From: a virus
Lineage: Duplodnaviria > Caudoviricetes
Direction: 5' to 3' (one strand)
IMG/VR virus record: IMGVR_UViG_3300010352_001543
DNA: 64,000 bases
The translations under genes and the position numbers were made by a program. This document shows, piece by piece, positions 48,315 through 59,320 of this stretch (positions are counted from its first letter, which is position 1; the number at the start of each line of letters is the position of its first letter). The notes under the pieces are model-generated. The model saw only the letters and a list, made by a program, of their open reading frames with translations, was not told the DNA's origin and made no database searches.

Positions 48315-49988
48315 TTATATTGAATTTTCTAAATAACTAAAACCTGTTTTGTCCTTATGAACATTAATAACTCTGTCGAACAAATTAAAATCCAAAAGTG
48401 AGTGGTTTATTAAAAATATATGGAGATTTAACTCAGTTGAAATTTCTTTTAAAATTCCACAAACCAACTCTATTGATTCCATGTCTAAACTTGAAAAAAT
48501 TTCGTCTAAGAATAATATATTAATATCACTAAATTTAGTTTTTAGAAGTCGAATGAATCCAATCAATACAGCAAAATCAAATTTCTTACTCTCTCCTGCA
48601 GACAATGTCTCGATACTTAAATCTCTTCCAAGGAAAACAACATTTGTTTCTAAATTTGAATCCAGATTAAGTGAATACCCTAAATTTAGTCTCGATAACA
48701 TTTTATTTATTTCATTATTTAAATGAGGAATAATTTTATCGATTATATGTTTTTTTATTCCTTGTTCACTGAGAATATCAGAAATTATATTAAGAAAATT
48801 TGTTTCATACTGAATTGTTTCCAATTTTTCTTTATGTGTTTCTAATGATTTTTGGTCCTGTTCTATAATTTCATAAAGACCATTAAGTTGGTAACTATTG
48901 TCAGTTAGATTTAATTTTTCTATCTCAGTTTGTAAATGATCTATTTTAACAGACAACCCGTGAATTTTTTTAGTACCTTCATCCCGGATATGCATATATT
49001 TATCCAAACGTTCTGAATGTTTATTTCCTTCGGATTTTAAATCAACTAATGTTCTTGTCAATAAAGTCAATTGATTTTTATAATCTTCTAAATGGTCCAA
49101 GTGTTCTGCTGAGTTGAAGTCAGAACCACACATAGGACATTTTTCATTCCTCTCGTACAGCTCAATTTTCTTTTCTATGGATTTTTTATCAAATTCATAA
49201 CCCTTTTTAACAGTATCATTTTTTTTGATTTTTTCTTTGATCTCATTAATATTTTTATTAATTAATTCAAATTTTTCTCTAAGAATTTGTTCCTTTCCGC
49301 TTAAATCTGCTATTGATTCTTTTAGGGTAGCTTCTTCTATTTTCTGAGCATCATCTATCTGTTTCTGAATTTCATCTGTTTTATTTTGGGTAAGCTGAAT
49401 ATGACTGTATAAGCTATCAATATTATCTTTTAAACTATTTTCTTTTCTCTGATTATCTTTAATTTCATTTTTAATTTCTTCATGCATCATGGTGAGGATA
49501 TTCAAACCAAAAACTCTATCAATAAGATTTCGTTTTTCCTGTTTTTTCATCCGAACAAATGATTTGAATTTATTGATATCCAACACAACTAAATTTTTGA
49601 ACATGAATTGGTCTATATCTAAAATATCATTTTCAATTTGTTGTTGAACATTCTTCTTCCCAGCTATATCAGATAAAACAACATCATTTAAAACAACATT
49701 TAAATTATTAGGAGATACATTTCTTTCTATTGATAATTCACCTTGTTTGGTTTGAATATGAGTTTTAGTATATAAATTTTCATTTACTCTATTAGGGAGG
49801 TCGTAAATCTTTTTTCCTGAAACTCTCCCAAATATGCCAAATTCTAATACTTCAGCTATTGTTGATTTTCCATTTCCGTTATTTGCTGAAATTAAATTTA
49901 AACTTGATATAGATTCAGAGAAATCCAAACTCTGTAGCATATTTCCATATGAGTTAAAATTCTTCCAATAATACTTTAAAATTTTCAA
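48315..49988 (-). CDS. gp46: recombination ATPase gp46 (SbcC/Rad50-like)
   Basis: NGNGKST, CPMC hook, LSAGE, LFLDE. Confidence 0.92.
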   Translation of the reverse strand: MKILKYYWKNFNSYGNMLQSLDFSESISSLNLISANNGNGKSTIAEVLEFGIFGRVSGKKIYDLPNRVNENLYTKTHIQTKQGELSIERNVSPNNLNVVLNDVVLSDIAGKKNVQQQIENDILDIDQFMFKNLVVLDINKFKSFVRMKKQEKRNLIDRVFGLNILTMMHEEIKNEIKDNQRKENSLKDNIDSLYSHIQLTQNKTDEIQKQIDDAQKIEEATLKESIADLSGKEQILREKFELINKNINEIKEKIKKNDTVKKGYEFDKKSIEKKIELYERNEKCPMCGSDFNSAEHLDHLEDYKNQLTLLTRTLVDLKSEGNKHSERLDKYMHIRDEGTKKIHGLSVKIDHLQTEIEKLNLTDNSYQLNGLYEIIEQDQKSLETHKEKLETIQYETNFLNIISDILSEQGIKKHIIDKIIPHLNNEINKMLSRLNLGYSLNLDSNLETNVVFLGRDLSIETLSAGESKKFDFAVLIGFIRLLKTKFSDINILFLDEIFSSLDMESIELVCGILKEISTELNLHIFLINHSLLDFNLFDRVINVHKDKTGFSYLENSI

Positions 49989-50002
49989 ATAAATATTTCC
50001 TT

Positions 50003-51097
50003 TTATTTTTCGTCTGCCATTTTTTCATTATTGATAGCATTTTCATACACTACCTTGACTTTGTCCTTTATCAACTGTTTAACCTCATCCGACTGGTTCA
50101 GTGAATTCAAATAATAATTAAGCTCATCATTAATTTGAAATTGATTGAAATTAGAATCCAGTGAGTATGAGGACTCTATTTCATTTTCCATCATAATAAA
50201 TTTGACTTCATTTGTTATCTTAAGTATCTCAGAAAATTTTGTCCAAGAGTATGAATTTTGAAAATTCTTTTTTATTATCAAATCAACTATATTATTTCTA
50301 ATAAGCTGTTCAAATTGTTTCAAAGGAGTGTTCATGAGATCCATGAGGACCAACTGAATAAATTTCGGACTATAATTATTTTCAAAGAAAAGTTCTTCTC
50401 CTGTTTCCAAATCTAAACAAAATATACCCTTTGAATTTTCCCGGTCATTTCTTGTTTGATGAAATGGGTTCCCAACCATTTGGACGTTTCTGTACTTTTG
50501 CTTTAAATGAATATGGCCGGAGTAGACTTTCTTTACTTGTGTTAAATCCTTTGCATCAATTCCATCTTCTAAACACGAAAAATTGTTGTAACGTAGTCCG
50601 GAGAAATCATGATGACAAAAAATATAGTCCGTTTTTTTAGCTTCTTTCAAGGCATCTAAAAATGATTCGTTGTTTTGTCTCCAGGGAATAAGTAGTATGT
50701 TCTTGGAGCAACATTCATATATTACAGGATCTTTATATACTTCAATATTAGGTATATAATTAAAAACATTCAATGAATTAATATCATTGCTATTTTTATA
50801 TGCAGTGTCATGATTTCCTATTATTATTTTTATAGGTAGTAACTTAGAAATATCAACAAATAAATTTACTACACGGTTCAAGACTATAGAATTAATAGAA
50901 AGACGATTATCAAACACATCACCTAATATAAATAAAACATCATTCGGTTTTATATTTTCTTTTAGTAGAGGTATAAAGAAATTTTCAAAATAATCAACTG
51001 TTTGGTCTAGCCATTTCATCGAGACCGCATGCAACCCAAAATGAATATCAGCGAGCATCCATATTCTTTGAAATTGTTCTTGATGTTTTTTGATCAT
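50003..51097 (-). CDS. gp47: recombination nuclease gp47 (SbcD/Mre11-like)
   Basis: DIHFG, GDVFDNR, GNHD, SGHIH. Confidence 0.92.
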   Translation of the reverse strand: MIKKHQEQFQRIWMLADIHFGLHAVSMKWLDQTVDYFENFFIPLLKENIKPNDVLFILGDVFDNRLSINSIVLNRVVNLFVDISKLLPIKIIIGNHDTAYKNSNDINSLNVFNYIPNIEVYKDPVIYECCSKNILLIPWRQNNESFLDALKEAKKTDYIFCHHDFSGLRYNNFSCLEDGIDAKDLTQVKKVYSGHIHLKQKYRNVQMVGNPFHQTRNDRENSKGIFCLDLETGEELFFENNYSPKFIQLVLMDLMNTPLKQFEQLIRNNIVDLIIKKNFQNSYSWTKFSEILKITNEVKFIMMENEIESSYSLDSNFNQFQINDELNYYLNSLNQSDEVKQLIKDKVKVVYENAINNEKMADEK

Positions 51098-51105
51098 TTT
51101 TATGT

Positions 51106-51495
51106 TTATATATAGAAAATTTTACATGTTATAGTATCAGCAAAAGTTAATTTATTGTTTGTAAAAAATAATTCAATATCTTTGTCCGGTGTTTTATCCA
51201 CTTTTAACTTTTTTAATTCCTTCTCATTAAATTTATTCCATATATCCAAAACACCAGGAATTATATTTTCATGAAAGTTGGTGAACATTTCAGCTAATTT
51301 AGTATTCTCTTTATTTTCTTGGTTGATTATTTCATTATTGAATTCTAAATAATCAAGTGATTTAATGTACTGAGTAACATATATTCTATCAGAAATTATC
51401 ATACATTCAGCATCATTTTTAATGATTTCATTTATTTCTTTAACACAATTGTTATAGACCATCTCTGGTATTTCTATAGCTAATATTTTTCTCAT
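51106..51495 (-). CDS. hypothetical protein
   Basis: 129 aa ORF. Confidence 0.6.
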   Translation of the reverse strand: MRKILAIEIPEMVYNNCVKEINEIIKNDAECMIISDRIYVTQYIKSLDYLEFNNEIINQENKENTKLAEMFTNFHENIIPGVLDIWNKFNEKELKKLKVDKTPDKDIELFFTNNKLTFADTITCKIFYI

Positions 51496-51518
51496 TTTTA
51501 TAATATTCCTGTTTTTTA

Positions 51519-51992
51519 TTAAAATAATTTTTCTTTTTTGTTTTCCGGATGAATTTCTAAATCAACATGAATTTGATTTCTGAATTTTTCAGGTAATATA
51601 CTGTAAGCCAATGTGTAGTCTATATTGAATGTTTCTAAAAATGAAAGAAGAAACTCAAGATAAGTAAATTTACCTGCTTCCAGATCATCGGTGTATATAT
51701 CAATAAAATACATAAAGAAATCAATCAAAACAGAACGTTTATTCAACTGCAACCTATTTTTATGTTTAAACCGGCTATTATGAAAATGCTCAATGTACTC
51801 CAATTGTAGTTTGTCATATGACAAATAGTCAAAATTAATCTCATCTATAAATGGGAAACTTCTTGACATTTCCAATTTCTTTTCTGATACTTGGTCCACA
51901 TCGTAACTATAAGTGTTATAACTATTGTCAAAAATTTTATCTCTCTTATACTTTTTAGCAATAGGTTTGGCTACTATTTCTTTATCGTTCAT
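51519..51992 (-). CDS. hypothetical protein
   Basis: 157 aa; DKIFDN.YN motif. Confidence 0.65.
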   Translation of the reverse strand: MNDKEIVAKPIAKKYKRDKIFDNSYNTYSYDVDQVSEKKLEMSRSFPFIDEINFDYLSYDKLQLEYIEHFHNSRFKHKNRLQLNKRSVLIDFFMYFIDIYTDDLEAGKFTYLEFLLSFLETFNIDYTLAYSILPEKFRNQIHVDLEIHPENKKEKLF

Positions 51993-52028
51993 ACTTAAAA
52001 CCTTGTTTTTCTTTATATATTTTACTGT

Positions 52029-53396
52029 TTAATTCATTAGACTGAAACAATCTAAGTTCAAATTTTGATTACAATCTTCTAATTTTTGGGTGATTCTTAA
52101 ATATTTTTTATCGAAATCGAATTGGTGAGTTTCTCCCATTCCTTCAGCGTCACGAAGAGCCACTGCTCCAAACGTCAAAGTATTATTTGCTTGATCCATC
52201 ATGTCTTTACTTATAGAGAATAAAGCATCAACTGTTTGTGGAAGTCCTATGGATTCAGAAACATCAGCCATAGATAAAGCACCTGATTTCTCACTTGCTC
52301 CTCTTACCGCTTGTGTTGCGCTAATCGCGGCTAAATTCTTTCTCATCGCTAATGCTCTTAAGGACACTGCAATATTTTTAACTTTAAGATAAGTACTTTC
52401 TGAACTTGGATTTTTGTAATCAACAAGCAAGTTCAAATAATCTACTATCAATACATCAAAATTTAATTTAAGTTGACTTTCTAATTTAAAAATATAAGCT
52501 TCTAATTCAGATACTTTTAAACTATCAGCAGGAAACTCTTTTATTATCAATTTACCTGGTATCTTCATTGTAATACCATCCATCTGAGTATGATTCTCTA
52601 TTTTTTTTCGTAGCTTCTTTTTATCTTCAATGAATAAATCATACTCAGCAACCGGTATATTATGAATATTAGCTGCTATTCTTTTCAAATATTTTTTCTC
52701 TGATAATTCTAAACTAACTACTAAAACATTGTACCCATTTCGTTGTAAATTAACTGCTAAATTCCCTAAAACCAAAGACTTTCCTGCTTTCGCATTTGCA
52801 AAGAAAACTGTCAAGGTCTTATAAGTAAGTCCTCCTCCAAGTTTTTCATCTATCCAACTATAGCCGGTAGGAAACGATTCTTTGTTATCTAAAGTATAAT
52901 CTTCTATATTATCAATATCTGTTCCGAAACTTTCTTCGAATGTTAAACTATTTCTTTCATTGACGGTATTTTTTACTGTGGCTACAATGTCTTTAATATT
53001 ATCAGTAGTGACCTGAGACGTCTTAATAAATTTTAAAACATCCACCATTGAATTTTCTAAAGTTTTCCATTCAATCCAAGTCTCAAAATTTTCATTTATC
53101 CATGCTTGGTCATAATTATCTATATCTATATCAAATATACTCGAAATCAAATCATAATTAAATGTTGAATTACCATCCGAATCTTCAGTATAAAATTCTT
53201 CTAATTTTTTCTTGTCTATTAATTGAATTACCTGGTTCTTGGACGCGGTCGAACCATATTTTTGGAAGAAATCCTTATCGATATCTAAAAGATGTTTCAG
53301 TTCCAAGTCTTTAAAAAAATACGAATGAACGTATTTAAAATAAGACGGATTCTGTCTCAGGTAGTGATAAAATATTTTTTCTTGGCTTAATGTCAT
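52029..53396 (-). CDS. gp41: replicative helicase (gp41/DnaB-like)
   Basis: AKAGKS, SLEL, IIKEFP, VDYLNL, SATQ, SESIGL. Confidence 0.92.
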   Translation of the reverse strand: MTLSQEKIFYHYLRQNPSYFKYVHSYFFKDLELKHLLDIDKDFFQKYGSTASKNQVIQLIDKKKLEEFYTEDSDGNSTFNYDLISSIFDIDIDNYDQAWINENFETWIEWKTLENSMVDVLKFIKTSQVTTDNIKDIVATVKNTVNERNSLTFEESFGTDIDNIEDYTLDNKESFPTGYSWIDEKLGGGLTYKTLTVFFANAKAGKSLVLGNLAVNLQRNGYNVLVVSLELSEKKYLKRIAANIHNIPVAEYDLFIEDKKKLRKKIENHTQMDGITMKIPGKLIIKEFPADSLKVSELEAYIFKLESQLKLNFDVLIVDYLNLLVDYKNPSSESTYLKVKNIAVSLRALAMRKNLAAISATQAVRGASEKSGALSMADVSESIGLPQTVDALFSISKDMMDQANNTLTFGAVALRDAEGMGETHQFDFDKKYLRITQKLEDCNQNLNLDCFSLMN

Positions 53397-53509
53397 ATGC
53401 TTTCTCTGTTTTTATAGTTTATTTTACAATTAAAAATGTCTTTTTTAAAAAAGAAAGAGGTAGTTTGTTTGATGAACTACCTCTCTTTAAACTAATGAAA
53501 TTGAATCGC

Positions 53510-53809
53510 TTAATTCCAAAACCCTTTCTTAACCAGGAGATTGTTTTCTGATGTTTTAGCTATATACTCATTTTGTTCTAACCAATGCAAATTTTTATTA
53601 ATTTGTTTGATTATGTCCGGCGACAATGACTTAAATCTCTTGGTAAATTTTTGTTTCATTCCTTTACAAAGAATGATTTCAAATAAGGTATCTTCATAGG
53701 TAGGGTATTCAGGGAGATTTTTCCAAGCCTCTATGATATATTTAATAGGTAAAGATTCTGTTTTGATAAATTGATTCATTTCATTATTGCTTTCGTTATT
53801 ATTCTTCAT
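53510..53809 (-). CDS. hypothetical protein
   Basis: 99 aa ORF. Confidence 0.6.
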   Translation of the reverse strand: MKNNNESNNEMNQFIKTESLPIKYIIEAWKNLPEYPTYEDTLFEIILCKGMKQKFTKRFKSLSPDIIKQINKNLHWLEQNEYIAKTSENNLLVKKGFWN

Positions 53810-54971
53810 CCTGTTCGATTATGTTTTCAGACCCTAAGATCGCTTCAATTTCTTCAAGGTCATCGTCAATAGTTTGATTGAATCCAAATACTGGTCCAAT
53901 CTTTTCATCCAATTTAGCTAAAACTTCTTGGGTGAAAACTTCAGAACAAAATACTTTTGTTTTTCGTATGTGTTTATGGAGATGACGAACAGCGAAAGTT
54001 AATGCTTTTTGATTTTCCGCAATTTCAGTATCACTAATGTACTTCCCAGATTCAATTCCGATATTTTCCCAGTCAAAGAATTTTTCTAAACCAACATAAG
54101 GATTCATACCTTTGTCAAAACGAACATGTACTTCCGCCTCAATATTTCCTTTGGTGTACCGACTCTTTAAAATTTTAGCCTTAATAATATAACCAATTTT
54201 ATTACTGGTATTATCTTTTAAATGACTACGAGTAAATTGCAAAGTTACTGTTGAATTATATTTGATACCTGACCCACCGCCCTGTTCTGTCATTGGAACA
54301 TATGAACCAACAATATCATAGCTATGATTTATTACAATCATTGGTATTTGTAGAATTGCTAAATCAGATGTAATAACTCTAAACAATTTTTTAATCATTT
54401 TTGCCCTGGTCATGTCTGATTTGTCACTACCGGACGCGGTGTCCACCATTTCTTTATCTGTTGATAAGTTACCAAGTGAATCAATTACTACCATAATTTT
54501 CGGTACTTCTCCACCCTCATCTTTGACTTCTTTCATGATATTAATTAAATTTTTCATGTAAGTAGTTACAGCTTCCACAGTGTTCATTGATTCATGTCTT
54601 AGTGTAGAGGTATCTATACCGAAATTAACCGCAGCATCAATCGTTAACGCGCCTTCAGTGTCAATCCATATAATATTATAACCTTTTTTTTGTGCTTGGT
54701 AGGCAGTGTTTAAAGCGATAAATGTCTTGCCGGTGGATGCTGGTCCAACGAAAGAAGTAACTCTTCCGGACGGAATGCCCTTGAAAATAGATCCACTGAT
54801 TTGTGCATTTAGTATGTAGTTTCCGGTACTGACCCAGTCCTCTACTTTAGCGAATGGGCTATTTTCTAACAGAAAACCATTAGATACTTTTTCCAATGCT
54901 TTATTTATGTCAGTGAATGTAAAACCTTTTTTGGAAGTTTTTACTTCAGTGTCTTTTTCTTTTTTAGCCAT
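53799..54971 (-). CDS. uvsX: RecA-like recombinase UvsX
   Basis: GPASTGKT, DTE, IDSLGNL, DMTRAK, NH.Y, GGG.G. Confidence 0.93.
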   Translation of the reverse strand: MAKKEKDTEVKTSKKGFTFTDINKALEKVSNGFLLENSPFAKVEDWVSTGNYILNAQISGSIFKGIPSGRVTSFVGPASTGKTFIALNTAYQAQKKGYNIIWIDTEGALTIDAAVNFGIDTSTLRHESMNTVEAVTTYMKNLINIMKEVKDEGGEVPKIMVVIDSLGNLSTDKEMVDTASGSDKSDMTRAKMIKKLFRVITSDLAILQIPMIVINHSYDIVGSYVPMTEQGGGSGIKYNSTVTLQFTRSHLKDNTSNKIGYIIKAKILKSRYTKGNIEAEVHVRFDKGMNPYVGLEKFFDWENIGIESGKYISDTEIAENQKALTFAVRHLHKHIRKTKVFCSEVFTQEVLAKLDEKIGPVFGFNQTIDDDLEEIEAILGSENIIEQDEE

Positions 54972-54973
54972 TT

Positions 54974-55270
54974 TTATTTTCCTTTCGTATATTCTTCATC
55001 GTCAGCCACCCCCATTTTTTCTGACCGGAGGTCCATCTGCTTAGTCATAAATGTGGTTAATAAATCATCAATAGCATCTTGTTTATTGTTATAAGGATAT
55101 GATATCAGATACCCTGAATACCATATCCATCCATGATTAGGGATTAATTGAATATAACCAACCGTTTGTATAAATTTTGTTTCTGCTTTTGTGCAAACAA
55201 TAAAAAAATTCATATGTTCAAATGGTTGTTGTATTTGAAATTTTGGAATGCCTGTTAATATTTCACTCAT
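54974..55270 (-). CDS. hypothetical protein
   Basis: 98 aa ORF. Confidence 0.6.
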   Translation of the reverse strand: MSEILTGIPKFQIQQPFEHMNFFIVCTKAETKFIQTVGYIQLIPNHGWIWYSGYLISYPYNNKQDAIDDLLTTFMTKQMDLRSEKMGVADDEEYTKGK

Positions 55271-55271
55271 A

Positions 55272-56498
55272 CTACATTAATCTTTTTAGTTTAATTAAAT
55301 TCTCTGGAATGTTTTTTGCTCCTAACGCGGTCAAGAAAATATTCACTTGGTCAGTTATTGATTTACTAAACATTGTTCTGTAGTCAACCTCCGGAGCAAA
55401 AGTATATGGAAACTCATTATTAATAAATCCAAATACATCGTCATGAAAATTATTATCCGGTTTACTGTAATAGAACCTAACTTTATCACCTGACTTAATT
55501 AACTCATATTTTTGTTTTAATTCTGGATGATTATTTAAATAGTAATTATAGTTGGCGGCTGCTCTTGTCTGAATAGGAGTTCTCGATGCTAGCTGGAGAG
55601 GTGCTCCAGCGCTATCTGAAATAACATACTTTTCATAGTCGGTAATTCCTTTCAAATATGAAATCTTATTAACCTCGTTTTTATCATATTCCTTTTTCCA
55701 TCCAATAACCAAATTAATTACATTATTATAATCAACCTTTCCTTTATTTTTGAACAGATAAGTTAAAAATATAATCAATTTCTCTTTAGCAAACGGAGGA
55801 GTATCACCTCTTGAAATTATAATACCGGTATAATCTATTTTCGTTAATGGGTCGTATTTGATCCCATCCTTGTATATTAAATCTAAACTATAATGTTTTT
55901 TGGATGTCCAAATACCACTGTCACAAAATTTCTCAAATTCAAACTCTTGGAGATTTTTAACATGGAACTTACTCGCATAAATTTCATGCCAAGAATTAAA
56001 AAGTTTTTCCAACCGGCCTTCATCAAATTTCATCATGAAATCTAAAGAACTGCCTTTGTAATCACATGAGTCGATAAGAGGTTGAATAGAGAAAAAATTA
56101 GAATCGGTGTCTATATAAGCTACCGCAGGAACAGAACTATCTATTTTTTTAACTGTTTTACTATCGATACCTAATTTTTTATGTATGTCTTTATCCAAAT
56201 GCCACTTCTCATGATAATATTTACTTATCATTGAAGCGGTACTCTTGATAAGGTCTTGCCCTTGTAATGTCACCGCTTCAGCGACATTTGGATTATAAAA
56301 CATAAAATATTCATTAGCCATAACACCATAAGCAGAGTTCAGAAATATTTTCAAGGCCATCTGCATGTTGTCTGCTGTTGAACTCAGTCCCTGCAGAAGT
56401 TTTATCATTTCTTCGATTTCTTCCGCGGATGAATCTAAAGAAAGTTTAGACGATTGTTCTAAAATATTCTTTAGTTCGTTAGTCATTCGTGTCCTCAA
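55272..56498 (-). CDS. family B DNA polymerase, C-terminal subunit (split gp43)
   Basis: Q..LK..LNS.YG and YIDTDS, KK.Y; no motif A or exonuclease domain. Confidence 0.88.
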   Translation of the reverse strand: MRTRMTNELKNILEQSSKLSLDSSAEEIEEMIKLLQGLSSTADNMQMALKIFLNSAYGVMANEYFMFYNPNVAEAVTLQGQDLIKSTASMISKYYHEKWHLDKDIHKKLGIDSKTVKKIDSSVPAVAYIDTDSNFFSIQPLIDSCDYKGSSLDFMMKFDEGRLEKLFNSWHEIYASKFHVKNLQEFEFEKFCDSGIWTSKKHYSLDLIYKDGIKYDPLTKIDYTGIIISRGDTPPFAKEKLIIFLTYLFKNKGKVDYNNVINLVIGWKKEYDKNEVNKISYLKGITDYEKYVISDSAGAPLQLASRTPIQTRAAANYNYYLNNHPELKQKYELIKSGDKVRFYYSKPDNNFHDDVFGFINNEFPYTFAPEVDYRTMFSKSITDQVNIFLTALGAKNIPENLIKLKRLM

Positions 56499-57303
56499 TC
56501 ATAGTGAAGGCATATAGCACATCATCTTTGTCTGATATTAGCAGTAATTTAACATCATCAATAAACATTTCATAATCTTGATTCTTAATCTTTTTAATAA
56601 ATTCAGTTTCGAATGTTCCTACGAAATCAGAAACAATTTCAACATCTGTATTTATTGTTATTTCATATTCGTCTTGGAAATTAAAAGTAATGACTTGACT
56701 TTTCACATCACCTATAATTTTTACAAATTCAAGTGATTCATCCAGTTTGACAATGCCTTTCACTTTCTTAATAAAATTATCGTCAAATTTTAACTTTGTA
56801 AAATACTCTGATGGATCTAATAAATTATCAATCTTCTCATCACCAACATAAGTTATCAAAGATGAGTTAGCAAGAGGAATCTTAATCAATTTAAAATTTT
56901 CAGATTTTATCAAGATGCTATGTGCTTCATATGCATCAGTAAAATTCTTTACTCTTGGTTCGGAACATTCAAATTCAATTGATATATTTTTTTCCTTTCC
57001 TAATAGTTCAAAAATTCCTAAAATCTTTTTCAAATTATAAAAACCTATTCCTATTCTTTTCTCTAATGGTTCTTCGAACTTGAAAATTTCATCTGAAATT
57101 TTATTGTATCTCATAGTGGATGCATTGGTGTCCATATACTTCGCTTGTAGTCCACCATCCATTAAGCATTCCACAAATAATACATCGTCCAAAATACTAA
57201 ATTCCTTTACGAAATCCGCAAGCATATCTATATTTTCTAAACTTGCCTTAAATGTTACCACTTTACTTATAGTGGGTGTTTTATCGCTACTCTTCTTCGC
57301 CAT
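56479..57303 (-). CDS. probable sliding clamp (gp45-like)
   Basis: Size, alpha/beta repeat pattern, next to polymerase. Confidence 0.55.
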   Translation of the reverse strand: MAKKSSDKTPTISKVVTFKASLENIDMLADFVKEFSILDDVLFVECLMDGGLQAKYMDTNASTMRYNKISDEIFKFEEPLEKRIGIGFYNLKKILGIFELLGKEKNISIEFECSEPRVKNFTDAYEAHSILIKSENFKLIKIPLANSSLITYVGDEKIDNLLDPSEYFTKLKFDDNFIKKVKGIVKLDESLEFVKIIGDVKSQVITFNFQDEYEITINTDVEIVSDFVGTFETEFIKKIKNQDYEMFIDDVKLLLISDKDDVLYAFTMIEDTND

Positions 57304-57964
57304 ATAATATCTCTCTAAAATGATTTGTAATTATTGTTATATTTTCTAAAATTTCCGAGTTGAAATTGTTGTCGGAAGTCCAATTATAAAATTCGTTTAA
57401 AAATATTAATCTATCTTCTAAATTAGTAATAGTATATTCATTAAGTTTATCATCAATGTAAACTATGAAATCTCTGATCATATCATTTCCATTCACATCA
57501 GTTAGCCGAGCCATTGAATATTCACAGAAATTAAATATTTTTTTGTAGTCATAAGAAAAATCTTCCCAAACAAATTCATAGGTAGTGAATTCTAAATCTG
57601 AATTGTATCGGAGAATAATTTTATTGTAACTATCCACCGTATTTCTTAAAGTTTCGTTTGATTCTTGTATTGTATGAACATTACTTTCATTAACAAAAAA
57701 TTCTGAACATAGGTCATATACATCACAAACTACACAATCTCCATAAACCGGGAAATCCAATAATTTGACTGCATTTTCATTTAGTGATGTTTCTAATTTT
57801 ATTTTTTCGAAAAATAATTTAAAGTCCAAGAAAATCCAAAATTTTCCGTTATAAATAGGAACAAAAGTTGTTTTTAATATATCAAATATCATACCAGGAG
57901 TAACTTCTTTCTTAATTTTTACATCAAGAACTTCGCCGGAAACCTTTAATATTTTTAATGCCAT
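57287..57964 (-). CDS. hypothetical protein
   Basis: 225 aa ORF. Confidence 0.6.
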   Translation of the reverse strand: MALKILKVSGEVLDVKIKKEVTPGMIFDILKTTFVPIYNGKFWIFLDFKLFFEKIKLETSLNENAVKLLDFPVYGDCVVCDVYDLCSEFFVNESNVHTIQESNETLRNTVDSYNKIILRYNSDLEFTTYEFVWEDFSYDYKKIFNFCEYSMARLTDVNGNDMIRDFIVYIDDKLNEYTITNLEDRLIFLNEFYNWTSDNNFNSEILENITIITNHFREILYGEEE

Positions 57965-59320
57965 TTAAATCTCTTCTTCAATATCTTCATCTTCAATAAC
58001 ATATTGTTCTATTTCCTTAAATTCGGAAAGTATTTTACTGTCAATATCTTTTACAATATTATGCTTCGAAAATAAAGTAGATTCTATTTTTTTTGTTAAT
58101 TTTTCTAACTTTTTTTCGTCATCCGTCTTGCAGTTGACTAAGTCCATTCTTGTCTTGTTGGATAGATTTTGTAAACTTTCAATTGAAAGCTCCCTTATCT
58201 TTATGTTGTTTAATCTTTGTTTAATTTCAGATCCAAACTTTTTCAAATACAATTCTATTTCTTTCTCTGACCTTTTTTTCTCTACCATAAATTCAATGAA
58301 TTTAATTTTTTCATCCACGAATTGAATTTCTTTAATAACATTACTTATTAACTTTTCAGTAAATAATTTTTCATTTAAAAGGACCACGTTTCGAAAATCG
58401 ATTAAATAATCTTTTATGTTAGCATACTCCAGAACCCGGTTGCTTTCAGTGAATGTTATATTTTCTGTTATAACAACACTGACAATCTTTTTCACCGCTT
58501 TTATAAATTCAGGTGTTTGGGATTCTCTATTTATCTTTAAAGTAAAATCAATATGGTCTTTTGAATTATTATCAATTCCTATCTCAAAATCTAAATCGGA
58601 AACAACATCATTAAGTTTTTCTAAAAATGTTTTATACTTTATAAAAGGAGGGACATTATAAATTCGAACTGTGTTTTTTTCTTGAACAACATCACCTTGA
58701 AATAGCCAGCATCTTCCATCTATATCAGCTTGTTTAATAGATCCATTATAATTTTGAAGGTAAGGAGTTAAATCTGCTTTATCATTACCCTTCATGAATT
58801 TTTCTAACTCTTCAAATTTTCTTGGGAGAATTCTAGTAGCGAACCCAACAGCTATACCTATAGTAAAATTTAATAATCCAATCGGAAAATTAACTTTTAG
58901 AGGGTCTTGTGAATAATCTACTAAAGTATAATCATTTATTATTTTATATTCATCTATAATATTTTTAATTTTAGGATTTATTTTAACAGAAGTGTAACGC
59001 GGTGAAGCAGGAGTTTGGTCAACCGGAGAACCGAAAAATCCATCACCTTCTAAAAGATTAACCGCATTTAAATATGGTCGAGCTAATCGGGATATACCAT
59101 TTGATAATGACGCATCACCGTGGTGATACCCTTTAATAATATCACCAACCAGATTCAAGGTTTTCCTAAAATCAGTAGGGGCGGTAGTCAGAATCAATCG
59201 ATGTAGTGGTGTTAATGTATCGAAAAACGACGGAATACCTCTACTTGAAATTGTATATAAAGCATAATCTTTATAGTCATTATTAATATACTCTGAAATT
59301 TGTCTTGTCTTATGAAACAC
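57965..59320 (-). CDS. gp52: type II topoisomerase medium subunit (gp52/GyrA-like)
   Basis: YA.Y...R.IP..D, YHHGD.S, G.FGS, A.PRYT. Confidence 0.92.
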   Translation of the reverse strand: MFHKTRQISEYINNDYKDYALYTISSRGIPSFFDTLTPLHRLILTTAPTDFRKTLNLVGDIIKGYHHGDASLSNGISRLARPYLNAVNLLEGDGFFGSPVDQTPASPRYTSVKINPKIKNIIDEYKIINDYTLVDYSQDPLKVNFPIGLLNFTIGIAVGFATRILPRKFEELEKFMKGNDKADLTPYLQNYNGSIKQADIDGRCWLFQGDVVQEKNTVRIYNVPPFIKYKTFLEKLNDVVSDLDFEIGIDNNSKDHIDFTLKINRESQTPEFIKAVKKIVSVVITENITFTESNRVLEYANIKDYLIDFRNVVLLNEKLFTEKLISNVIKEIQFVDEKIKFIEFMVEKKRSEKEIELYLKKFGSEIKQRLNNIKIRELSIESLQNLSNKTRMDLVNCKTDDEKKLEKLTKKIESTLFSKHNIVKDIDSKILSEFKEIEQYVIEDEDIEEEI

